From positions 1,188,139 through 1,252,138 of the forward strand of contig JBMNIF010000002.1 in NCBI GenBank assembly GCA_050950765.1: a DNA stretch of 64,000 nucleotides, read 5' to 3'. This document shows, in pieces, positions 31,932 through 39,954 of the stretch. The stretch's first letter is position 1. Every line of letters begins with the position of its first letter. The stretch comes from Bdellovibrionota bacterium (GTDB lineage: Bacteria; Bdellovibrionota_C; UBA2361; JAAYZI01). The notes under the pieces were generated by a model. The model was given only the letters and a program-made list of their open reading frames with translations, was not told the DNA's origin and made no database searches. Both the position numbers and the translations under genes were made by a program.

Positions 31932-31965
31932 AAAAAAGCCCTGTACTTCTCACGAAGCACAGGGC
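31932..31965 (-). terminator. Intrinsic terminator
   Basis: Minus strand GCCCTGTGCTTC-GTGA-GAAGTACAGGGC-TTTTTT. Confidence 0.85.
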
Positions 31966-32005
31966 AAAAAATTTAAAGGGTAAAAAAATGAAAAATTTTA
32001 GTTAA

Positions 32006-32046
32006 GTCATAGTATGCCAAAGTATGAAGAAAGTTACAACTATGAC
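32006..32046 (-). repeat. Solitary degenerate CRISPR-repeat-like sequence
   Basis: Minus strand GTCATAGTTGTAACTTTCTTCATACTTTGGCATACTATGAC vs array repeat GTCATAGCTTCCTTCCTTTGCTCCGGCGTGCTATGATC: first 7 nt identical, 13 of 18 near the 3' end identical with only transition mismatches; same orientation as the array. Confidence 0.5.
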
Positions 32047-32067
32047 CATGACTGATTTTAACACAAA

Positions 32068-32691
32068 TTACTCAATGGAGAAGGAGAATCTCTTATTTAT
32101 TTTCGGGACGAAAGATACTCTACTTTCTCTGTTAGCAGCCATATCTTCAAGCATAATTTGAATAAGAGTTTTTGGTGTTGTTACACTTTCAAACATAAAC
32201 GAGCGATAACATTTCATCTTTGAGTAGTAATCAGCCATTTTACTCGTTTTCCACGTTCCTAGTGGCACTTCATTGCGAAAGCCTGGCCACGCCGTGTAGC
32301 TTGTGCCCATTAAAACAGCTTCTTTTCCGTATTCTCTATAAATAACGCAATCTTGTTCAAATCTCTGACCTTGTTTGCGTAGCAAACCTTTAAGTTGTCC
32401 GTTATCGTGCTTATTTGAAAAAAGAAGATAGCTTCGCTCAAAGATGGGACCATCTTGCTCTATGTGGTGACCTGTAAGGTAAACTAAACCGAACGGTGAG
32501 TTTCTAAGAGTGGACCAAAGTCGAGCACATTGCTTTTTGTTTTCTTCAGTGGTGTATCCCTTTTTGTATGCAGTGATAATACCGATTGTGGAGTCATGCG
32601 AGTATTTCCAGATTTTGGAAAGTGCAGACTCATGCAACGCGCGTTCTTTGAAGCCAAAAGTATCAGCTATCTTCGATATAATCATGCCCAT
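32068..32691 (-). CDS. Phage-like hypothetical protein, DUF3293/SAM-lyase-like motif pattern
   Basis: ESALSKIW, GIITAY, EEN....L...L, G...G...E, ERSY, G.RFEQDCVI, GT...WPG, FMFE; resembles from memory a protein of large tailed phages; function inferred only. Confidence 0.55.
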   Translation of the reverse strand: MGMIISKIADTFGFKERALHESALSKIWKYSHDSTIGIITAYKKGYTTEENKKQCARLWSTLRNSPFGLVYLTGHHIEQDGPIFERSYLLFSNKHDNGQLKGLLRKQGQRFEQDCVIYREYGKEAVLMGTSYTAWPGFRNEVPLGTWKTSKMADYYSKMKCYRSFMFESVTTPKTLIQIMLEDMAANRESRVSFVPKINKRFSFSIE

Positions 32692-32902
32692 ATATTATAT
32701 CTCTTAAATGGTATCTTTTAAAATAAAAAAGGGGGTGAGGAGAACTCCTTCCGCTTGAACACAATAATAATAACACGCCCAAACAACTATTGTCACCTAT
32801 TAAGTAGGGTGAGGAGGATGTAAAAAATTTTGTCTACAGCTAGAAGTCAAGAATTGCGTTAGTGGCGTTATGTAAAGGGAAAGAAGGGTGAGAGGGGGTA
32901 AT

Positions 32903-32996
32903 AAAAAAGCCCCTCGCGGGAGGGGCACTTACGTGGTTCCTTCGAAAAGGAACCCTTATCACAGCAACGTTTCTTTGCTCCGGCGTGCTGTGAATT
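32903..32996 (-). ncRNA. tracrRNA
   Basis: Minus strand AATTCACAGCACGCCGGAGCAAAGAAACGTTGCTGTGAT-AAGG-GTTCCTTTTCGAAGGAACC-ACGTAAGT-GCCCCTCCCGCGAGGGGC-TTTTTT: anti-repeat pairs with the repeat (GUCAUAGC:GCUGUGAU lower stem plus long upper stem), then nexus, UUCG hairpin and terminator. Confidence 0.93.
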
Positions 32997-33001
32997 CCTG
33001 A

Positions 33002-33010
33002 ATTAAAGCA
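33002..33010 (-). promoter_or_regulatory. Extended -10 promoter candidate for tracrRNA
   Basis: TGCTTTAAT on the minus strand about 6 nt upstream of the predicted tracrRNA 5' end. Confidence 0.6.
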
Positions 33011-33065
33011 TCTTCTGTTTATTTTGTATAGTGCTATTTCGTTTTGTCTGTTATATCCGTGAGTT

Positions 33066-36000
33066 ATGGAAACGAAAATTAATAACTATATCCTCGGGAT
33101 TGATGTCGGAATCGCTTCAATAGGTTCTGCTGTGGTTGACCTTGAAAATGAGAAGATTATTTATGCCGGTGTGCGGTGTTTTGATACGGCAGAAAATAAA
33201 AATTTACTTAGAAGACAAAAAAGACTTGCTAGAAGAGTTTTGCGTAGAAGGAAGCAGAGGCTTCGTGCCGTAGCAAGGTTGTTGCGGGCTGCATTTGGTC
33301 ATAAAGAGATGGCACTTCTCGAGGGTGAAGAGATCTGGAACTTAAGAGTTGAAGCGCTTGAAAGAAAACTTTCCGGAGCTGAATTGGAAGCGGTGCTTCG
33401 TCATATTGCAAAGAGAAGGGGGTTTCGTTCCAGTAAACGTGCTGACGCACAGGCAACAGATCAGGAAACCTCAAAGATGTTGAAAGGAGTTTCAGATCTT
33501 GAGGGTAAATTAAATGAGAGTGGATGTAGGTCTATCGGGGAGTTTCTTTCCAAAGAAGAAAAACGTAGAAATAGACCTGGAGAATACACCAGAACTGTTT
33601 TAAGGAAACTCTTAGAGAAAGAGGTTCGTCTTATCTTTGAAAAACAACGTAGTTTTGGAAATAACGTCTTAACGGAAGAGCTTGAGCAAAAGATACAAGA
33701 GGCGATGTTTTCCCAAAAGCCGTTACGATCAACAAAGGATATGATAGGGAAGTGTACCTTTGAGCCTACTGAATATAGAGCACCAAAATGTGCCATCACT
33801 GCTGAGTTAAGTCGGCTTTTGCAACGTTTTAATCCCTTGAAGATTGAGCAATTTGGAAAATCACCGTTACTTGTAACAGATTTTTTAAAAGATTCACTCG
33901 GAGAAGACGCTCTTCAAGAGAAGATAGAGGCACTCATTCAATTAGCAAAGAAGCAAAAAAGTGTTACTTACAAAGCGCTTCGAAAAGAGCTTGAGATCCC
34001 TGAAGAGTATAAGTTTAGTGATGTGCTGCGTAAGGAAAGTTTAGATAAGGCTAGCGAAAGAAAAAAGAGGTTTAAAGAGGGGAAAGAGGAAAGCACACCT
34101 GCAGAGGATGAAAAGCGGAAAGAGAAGGATTATGAAGGGGAGAAGTTTGATTCTTTACGTGGCTGGCATGAGGTGCAAAAAGCTCTTAAAGATGCAGATC
34201 TTAAAGATGAGTGGCAACGACTTTCAGAAGATTATGTTACTCTTGATAAGATCGCTTGGATCTTAACGGTAGAAAAAGATGATAAAAAAACAGGTGTAAA
34301 GTTAAGAGAATTAATGTTGCCTGATAAAGGGGTGGAGGCGCTTCTGCCGATATCTTTTAAGGAACACGGAAATTTAAGCGTTGTAGCATTAAATAAAATT
34401 TTACCGTTTCTTAAGAAGGGCTTAACTTATGATAAAGCTGTTGTAAAGGCGGGGTATAACTTAGCCGGTGCTGCTGCTGAAAATCCCCGTTTAGATCGTT
34501 TGCCAAAATTCCCAGAGATCCCAAATCCCGTAGTAAACCGTTCTTTAAGTCAGTGTCGTAAGGTGATAAACGCTATTATCGATAAGTATGGCTTGCCTAA
34601 TATCGTAAATATTGAACTAGCGCGTGATTTCGGCAGGTCTGCTAAAGAGAGAAGTCAGATAGAAAATGATCAGAAAGAGCGTAAAGATTATAATGATGCT
34701 GCCGCCAATACCTTTAAGGAAATTTTTAACGGGAGGGAGCCTAAAGGAAAAGAGCTTGCTATGTTCAAATTATGGAGGGAGCAAGGGGGGAGGTGTGCTT
34801 ATTCCTTAAAACATATCGAACCGTTGAAGATCTTAGAAGAAAATGCTTTACAGATCGATCATATTATCCCTTACAGCCGTTCTCTTGATGATAGTTGGAA
34901 TAATAAAGTGTTGGTTTTTACGGAGGAGAATCAAAATAAAGGTAATAAAACACCGGCTGAATATATCGGTGTTGAGAGCGTGAAGTGGGAAGATATTAAA
35001 GAGTTTGTAAAAAGCTTGCGGGACTTGCCATATCGTAAAAGGTCTCTTTTACTAAAAGAGACCTTTACTGAAGAAGATGAAGAAGGCTTTATTGAACGTA
35101 ATTTAAACGATACAAGGTATATCGCAAGGGAGCTTAAAAATCATATTGAAAATAATCTACGGTTTCTTAATGACGGGAAGAGGCATGTTTTTGTAAGGCA
35201 GGGGGCGTGTACTTCTACCTTACGTCATTTCTGGGGACTCGGTAAAAAAGATAGAGAGGCTAATGATAAGCATCACGCCGTTGATGCTATTATCCTTGCT
35301 TGTACAACAGAAAGCATCGTTAAAAAAATTCTTACACATAAAAGACTAAAAGATAACGGTACTACGCTCGGTTCTGATAGGACTGCAAGGATGTTCCCTT
35401 TACCGTGGGACTCTTTTAGGGCAGATGTGGAAGAGGTAGAGAAGAATGTTTTTGTCTCACGTATGACAAAGAAAAAAGTGACGGGAGAGGCCCATCAAGA
35501 AACTATTCATAGTGCTAGAATGGTGGTAAACGAAGATGGCACTGAAGAGAGAGTTGTAGTGGAAACGGTTAAGTTGCAAGATATTAATTCAGACAAGCTT
35601 GATAACTTATGGGATAAAGAGCGTAATAGTAAATTGTATGAGGTTTTAAAGGCGAGGCTTGCTGCATTTGGCGGAAATTCGGAAAAAGCCTTTAAGGAGC
35701 CTGTTTATATGCCGTGCAAATCAGGGCAGGGACCTGAGATAAGATCGGTAAAGATTAAAACTGATAAAGTCAATGGTATTTACGTTAGAGGGCAAGGTGA
35801 AAAACGGAAAGGTTTTGCTTATAATGCGAAAGGATTGAAACGATCAATGTTGAGAATAGATATCTTTGAAAAGGAAGGTAAGTTTTACCAGATCCCGATC
35901 TATGTGGCGGATACCGTTAAAAAAGAGCTTCCGAATAAGTATGCTATTCGGAAAAAACCGGAAGAAGAGTGGGGTGTTATTGATGATACTTTTAAATTTA

Positions 36001-36281
36001 AGTTTTCTCTCTATCCTAACGATTTAGTTTATATACTTAAGAGGGGCGGAGAGGAGTTATTTGGGTATTACGTCACCTATGATAGGGATGGATGTAGAGC
36101 TACAATAATGTCTCCAGATTGTTCCACGAAGAGGGAGAGAGTGTCTCTTTCAAATCTGCAAGCCTTTGATAAGTATAGAGTAGATGTGCTGGGGAATTAT
36201 AGAAAGGTAATCTCAGAGGAACGGTGTGGCTTGGAGAATCGTTGCCATAGAAAACGAAGCAAGGTTAAGCTTAAAGGATAA
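33066..36281 (+). CDS. cas9: Type II-C Cas9 (1071 aa)
   Basis: RuvC-I LGIDVGIASIG, Arg-rich bridge helix, HIAKRRGF, NPVVNRSL, RuvC-II NIELAR, HNH IDHIIPYSRSLDDSWNNKVL..ENQNKGN, RNLNDTRY, RuvC-III HHAVDA. Confidence 0.98.
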   Translation: METKINNYILGIDVGIASIGSAVVDLENEKIIYAGVRCFDTAENKNLLRRQKRLARRVLRRRKQRLRAVARLLRAAFGHKEMALLEGEEIWNLRVEALERKLSGAELEAVLRHIAKRRGFRSSKRADAQATDQETSKMLKGVSDLEGKLNESGCRSIGEFLSKEEKRRNRPGEYTRTVLRKLLEKEVRLIFEKQRSFGNNVLTEELEQKIQEAMFSQKPLRSTKDMIGKCTFEPTEYRAPKCAITAELSRLLQRFNPLKIEQFGKSPLLVTDFLKDSLGEDALQEKIEALIQLAKKQKSVTYKALRKELEIPEEYKFSDVLRKESLDKASERKKRFKEGKEESTPAEDEKRKEKDYEGEKFDSLRGWHEVQKALKDADLKDEWQRLSEDYVTLDKIAWILTVEKDDKKTGVKLRELMLPDKGVEALLPISFKEHGNLSVVALNKILPFLKKGLTYDKAVVKAGYNLAGAAAENPRLDRLPKFPEIPNPVVNRSLSQCRKVINAIIDKYGLPNIVNIELARDFGRSAKERSQIENDQKERKDYNDAAANTFKEIFNGREPKGKELAMFKLWREQGGRCAYSLKHIEPLKILEENALQIDHIIPYSRSLDDSWNNKVLVFTEENQNKGNKTPAEYIGVESVKWEDIKEFVKSLRDLPYRKRSLLLKETFTEEDEEGFIERNLNDTRYIARELKNHIENNLRFLNDGKRHVFVRQGACTSTLRHFWGLGKKDREANDKHHAVDAIILACTTESIVKKILTHKRLKDNGTTLGSDRTARMFPLPWDSFRADVEEVEKNVFVSRMTKKKVTGEAHQETIHSARMVVNEDGTEERVVVETVKLQDINSDKLDNLWDKERNSKLYEVLKARLAAFGGNSEKAFKEPVYMPCKSGQGPEIRSVKIKTDKVNGIYVRGQGEKRKGFAYNAKGLKRSMLRIDIFEKEGKFYQIPIYVADTVKKELPNKYAIRKKPEEEWGVIDDTFKFKFSLYPNDLVYILKRGGEELFGYYVTYDRDGCRATIMSPDCSTKRERVSLSNLQAFDKYRVDVLGNYRKVISEERCGLENRCHRKRSKVKLKG

Positions 36282-37113
36282 ACAGCTGCATATTAAGCAG
36301 GGTGAGGTAGATTGCACCATCCCGCTTGAAGATATCTCCACTATTATAATAGATAATCAAAGGGTTCTTTTAACAACAGCGCTTTTACAAGGGGTAGTAG
36401 CGGCAGATGCTGCTGTTATTATCTGCGATAAAAAACACACTCCGTGCGGAGTTTATCTACCCTTTAACCAACACTCACGGTGTAGTGAAGTTTTTCAAAA
36501 ACAACTCTCACAATCAGAACCTTTTAAAAAACGGTGTTGGCAAGCTGTTGTAAAACAAAAAATTCTAAATCAGGCGTTCGCCTTAAAGATATTAAAGCGT
36601 GAAGGGTTCTCTGAAGTAAAAAGTCGTATAGAGAGAGTTCAGAGTGGAGACTCTAGTAATGTTGAGGCGCAAGCTGCACGTTTATACTGGAACTATCTTT
36701 TCGATAAGAGCTTCCGTCGCATGGCTGATAATAATGTGAATGCAGCGCTTAATTACGGTTATGCCATAGTTAGATCAACAGTAGCGCGGGCGTTAGCAGG
36801 GCGTGGACTGTATCCGCAGATCGGAATTCATCACGATAATAAATTAAACGGCTTTAACCTAGCGGATGATTTTGTGGAGCCGTTTCGTGCGGTGGTTGAC
36901 GTTGAGGTGGCAAAACTAATGGCGGGGCAGGGGAGTGAATTTACAAGGGAGGTGCGGATAGCTTTAGTCTCTCTTTTAAACGAGCAATGCTTAATTAATG
37001 GTGAGTCTGTAAATATTCCGCGTGCAGCTGAAGTGATGGCTTCTTCGTATGTTAATGCTATGACGGCAGGTGATTATTCTAAATTGTTATTACCAAAGTT
37101 GGGGGTGAGATGA
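36226..37113 (+). CDS. cas1: Cas1 (type II)
   Basis: MAWRIV, IPLEDI, W..VVKQKILNQ, EAQAARLYW, NAALNYGYAIVRS, GIHH, FNLADDFVEPFR; GTG start overlaps the cas9 end by 56 nt. Confidence 0.97.
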   Translation: MAWRIVAIENEARLSLKDKQLHIKQGEVDCTIPLEDISTIIIDNQRVLLTTALLQGVVAADAAVIICDKKHTPCGVYLPFNQHSRCSEVFQKQLSQSEPFKKRCWQAVVKQKILNQAFALKILKREGFSEVKSRIERVQSGDSSNVEAQAARLYWNYLFDKSFRRMADNNVNAALNYGYAIVRSTVARALAGRGLYPQIGIHHDNKLNGFNLADDFVEPFRAVVDVEVAKLMAGQGSEFTREVRIALVSLLNEQCLINGESVNIPRAAEVMASSYVNAMTAGDYSKLLLPKLGVR

Positions 37114-37442
37114 GTTTAGAAGGAGAAAGGTTTATGTGGATTTTACTTTTTTTTGATCTACCGACTGTAAGTAAAGTTGAAAAGAGACAGGCACAGCAAT
37201 TTAGAAAGTTTTTAATCAAAGACGGCTATATTATGTTGCAGTGGTCTGTTTATGCACGGATCTGTAATGGTAGGGACGGGCTCGAAAAGCATCTACGTCG
37301 GGTGCAGCGGGAGCTACCTGATGTTGGAAATGTGCGTACACTGGAAGTTACTGATAGACAGTTCGGAAAAATAAAGATGCTTTTAGGAAAAAAACGGATA
37401 GAAGAAAAGAAGAACGGACCAAGTCAGCTCAGTTTATTTTGA
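37110..37442 (+). CDS. cas2: Cas2
   Basis: RFMWILLFFDLP, FRKFLIKDGYIMLQWSVYAR, VTDRQF, QLSLF; no csn2 or cas4, consistent with II-C. Confidence 0.97.
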   Translation: MSLEGERFMWILLFFDLPTVSKVEKRQAQQFRKFLIKDGYIMLQWSVYARICNGRDGLEKHLRRVQRELPDVGNVRTLEVTDRQFGKIKMLLGKKRIEEKKNGPSQLSLF

Positions 37443-37489
37443 GGATCTTGGTCCGATCATTAACCGAATTAAGCACTTACCACGCATCG

Positions 37490-37990
37490 GATCATAGCAC
37501 GCCGGAGCAAAGGAAGGAAGCTATGACAATGTTCCAGGTATACGATTGCTGTTACGATCATAGCACGCCGGAGCAAAGGAAGGAAGCTATGACTTCCCTC
37601 CTCTACTCCGTAGCAAATGATCATAGCACGCCGGAGCAAAGGAAGGAAGCTATGACTAGTAATTACGGAAGAAGCAGTACGAGATCATAGCACGCCGGAG
37701 CAAAGGATGGTAGCTATGACTACGGCATCCATTAAGTAAAGAAAGCTTAGGATCATAGCACGCCGGAGCAAAGGAAGGAAGCTATGACTATCAATCGGTT
37801 ATTTAATCCTTATATAAGATCATAGCACGCCGGAGCAAAGGAAGGAAGCTATGACTAGCGGTGCTCATAGTCATACGGTTGTAGGATCATAGCACGCCGG
37901 AGCAAAGGAAGGAAGCTATGACGAGCAATACCATTAAGTGATTTAAGTTGAGGATCATAGCACGCCGGAGCAAAGGAAGGAAGCTATGAC
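37490..37990 (-). CRISPR. CRISPR array, 8 repeats of 38 nt and 7 spacers
   Basis: Plus-strand repeat GATCATAGCACGCCGGAGCAAAGGAAGGAAGCTATGAC at 37490, 37556, 37619, 37683 (2 substitutions), 37751, 37818, 37885, 37953; unique spacers of 28, 25, 26, 30, 29, 29, 30 nt; minus orientation inferred from tracrRNA pairing. Confidence 0.98.
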
Positions 37991-37998
37991 AGAAGTTG

Positions 37999-38046
37999 CC
38001 CCCTCCCGAAAAAGAGCCCTTAAATAGGGCATTTTTCGGGAGGGGG
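37999..38046. other. Long hairpin abutting the leader-side repeat
   Basis: CCCCCTCCCGAAAAA...GCCCT-TAAAT-AGGGC...TTTTTCGGGAGGGGG: 15-bp perfect outer stem plus 5-bp inner stem. Confidence 0.8.
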
Positions 38047-38674
38047 ATCGCGTAGCGTTATAAGAGGAAGGTCGTAATTTATATACTTTTTAGTTTGCTT
38101 TCTGAATTTTGAAAGTTCTAAAATTTTGCGCATCATTTCGCTTTGATACGCATTTAAGACTGTTACCCTCCATTTAAAATAATTCCCTGCATTACAAAAT
38201 AATTTTTGCATCAAATATATATCTTGCAAAAGTTTAGAATAATTTTTCGTTGTCTTGCGAGTTTTTATCTCACCGCATTCCAGTTTATATAATGCGTTAT
38301 TTTAAAGAAAAAAATCATAGAAGGTTTGGCATTATAATTTTTGAAGCCTTAAAAAATTCTAAAGTTTTATGTTCTTAAAAGATCTTAAATTTAAGAACTA
38401 CAAGCTCGATAAGGGTGGGTTTGTAGGTAAAGATATTTTTTGAAGACGAAGTTGATAATAAAAAAGTGAGCGATCAATACTCACAGTTCTATTCTGATTA
38501 AAAAAGAAAATGAGAAGATAAGAGTTGGAAGAACAAGAACCAAAAAAACCTTCGTCTTCTTGGTTCTTGTATCCATTTTTATAAGCGCTAAAGTATCTCC
38601 CTAAAGTGTTCAAAGAATCCTTAAGGGTTATAGCGTTCTAACGGTAACGTGCTGCACCACTGGAAAGCGTAGCA

Positions 38675-39583
38675 TCAGCACATGCGATATCCGCGGAGAG
38701 GTTTTTCATCGTTCACGATAGTGTTGGGTATTAAGAGACATCGTGCAGCAAGGTCTCCTTCAGTATACGATATCTCGACAGATGTGCTATTTGAAAGCAC
38801 ACCTGCTTCAAAATTCGTAATCGATTCGCGCGCAACCGATTTAAGGTGTTCATAGGGCACGCTAGAATAGTCACAGCGGCTCCCTTTAATTACAATCTGG
38901 TTAAAGTTATTCACGCCGATGCCCAACTCCCCGTGCAGGTACGCTTTGCCTTCCGCGATCTGCTTTTCTTGCAAAGCACAAATATCACGGATAATGAGAT
39001 CTGTTCCCATTACTCCCATGTTATCTTTAGTGCTCGGCAAGGTGTATGCGATAAGGAAGGATGAATCCCTCTTGTATTTGTCTGAAACAAGAAGAGGACG
39101 CTTGCCCGTCTTGTTAGATATTAGCGAAAATGTTTCGAAACACTCAGGAAGAGCAGGGGAGGCGGCGTCCTTTTTAAAGGAGGGGAGGTTTCTTGAACAT
39201 TGTTTTGTATAAGACCAAAGCAAGTTGAGGTCTCCCCTCCATCTCCAAGGATCTATTTCGGTCTTTTGGGTAAGTATTACATAGCCAGATCTACGACTCC
39301 CTTCCGTAGTGATAGATCCGATTTTGCAATCTTCCACATTAAATCTTCCAGACTGAGTTTGATCCAATACAAAAGATTCGAAAATTCTTTCGAATTGACG
39401 TTTGCTGACGTAGTAAGGAGTAGCGTTATCAGGAGAGCATGGAGGGAGATCAGTTTTGACAGAAAAAATGATCCCACGCAGCCCTTCAGAAAGGTATGCT
39501 TCCAAATAATAACACCCTTTTCCCCCAAGATCTGCTGCAGTAGATCTTGGATGCTTCAATACTTTCGGACAATATTTACCCAT
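38675..39583 (-). CDS. Hypothetical protein (about 302 aa)
   Basis: Long ORF; AAGGAGG RBS before ATG at 39583 (MGKYCPK) is a better start than 39718; no recognisable motif. Confidence 0.7.
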   Translation of the reverse strand: MGKYCPKVLKHPRSTAADLGGKGCYYLEAYLSEGLRGIIFSVKTDLPPCSPDNATPYYVSKRQFERIFESFVLDQTQSGRFNVEDCKIGSITTEGSRRSGYVILTQKTEIDPWRWRGDLNLLWSYTKQCSRNLPSFKKDAASPALPECFETFSLISNKTGKRPLLVSDKYKRDSSFLIAYTLPSTKDNMGVMGTDLIIRDICALQEKQIAEGKAYLHGELGIGVNNFNQIVIKGSRCDYSSVPYEHLKSVARESITNFEAGVLSNSTSVEISYTEGDLAARCLLIPNTIVNDEKPLRGYRMC

Positions 39584-39954
39584 TTTTTTACCTCCTTTTT
39601 TAAAAGGTGTTAATGGGGGGATGACTTCTCGGGATATCGAACGTCGAATATCACCTTCCGATAGGTCATCTCTATCAAGTTGAAAAAGACTAAACAGAGA
39701 TGACCCATCGGATGCCATCGGATGAAAGATCCTTTTGGAACTTTGAAAAAATAGGAAATACTGTAAAAAGGCTTAACGTTTTTAAACGTAAAATGGATAC
39801 ATCAATAAACCCTTTATAAAAACCAATCTTCTACCCAAACTCTTATCTTTGACACAGAAGTCTATACGAAGCGTTGTCTATAAGCAAAAAATTTATAGAA
39901 GATCCAATAATTGTAATCTAAAACGGTTTAAATTTTAAGGAAAATCAGGCGGGA

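Noticed and set aside
31981..32076. Flanks of the orphan repeat acting as a guide against the cas9 or neighbouring promoter
   Set aside because: By eye I found no convincing match in 32692-33065, only a weak AT-rich similarity near 32818-32835; a genome-wide search is still needed
37439..37690. 83-aa ORF with DHSTPEQRKEAMT repeats
   Set aside because: It is a translation of the CRISPR array
37528..37952. Self-targeting spacers
   Set aside because: No match noticed within this window by eye; not an exhaustive search
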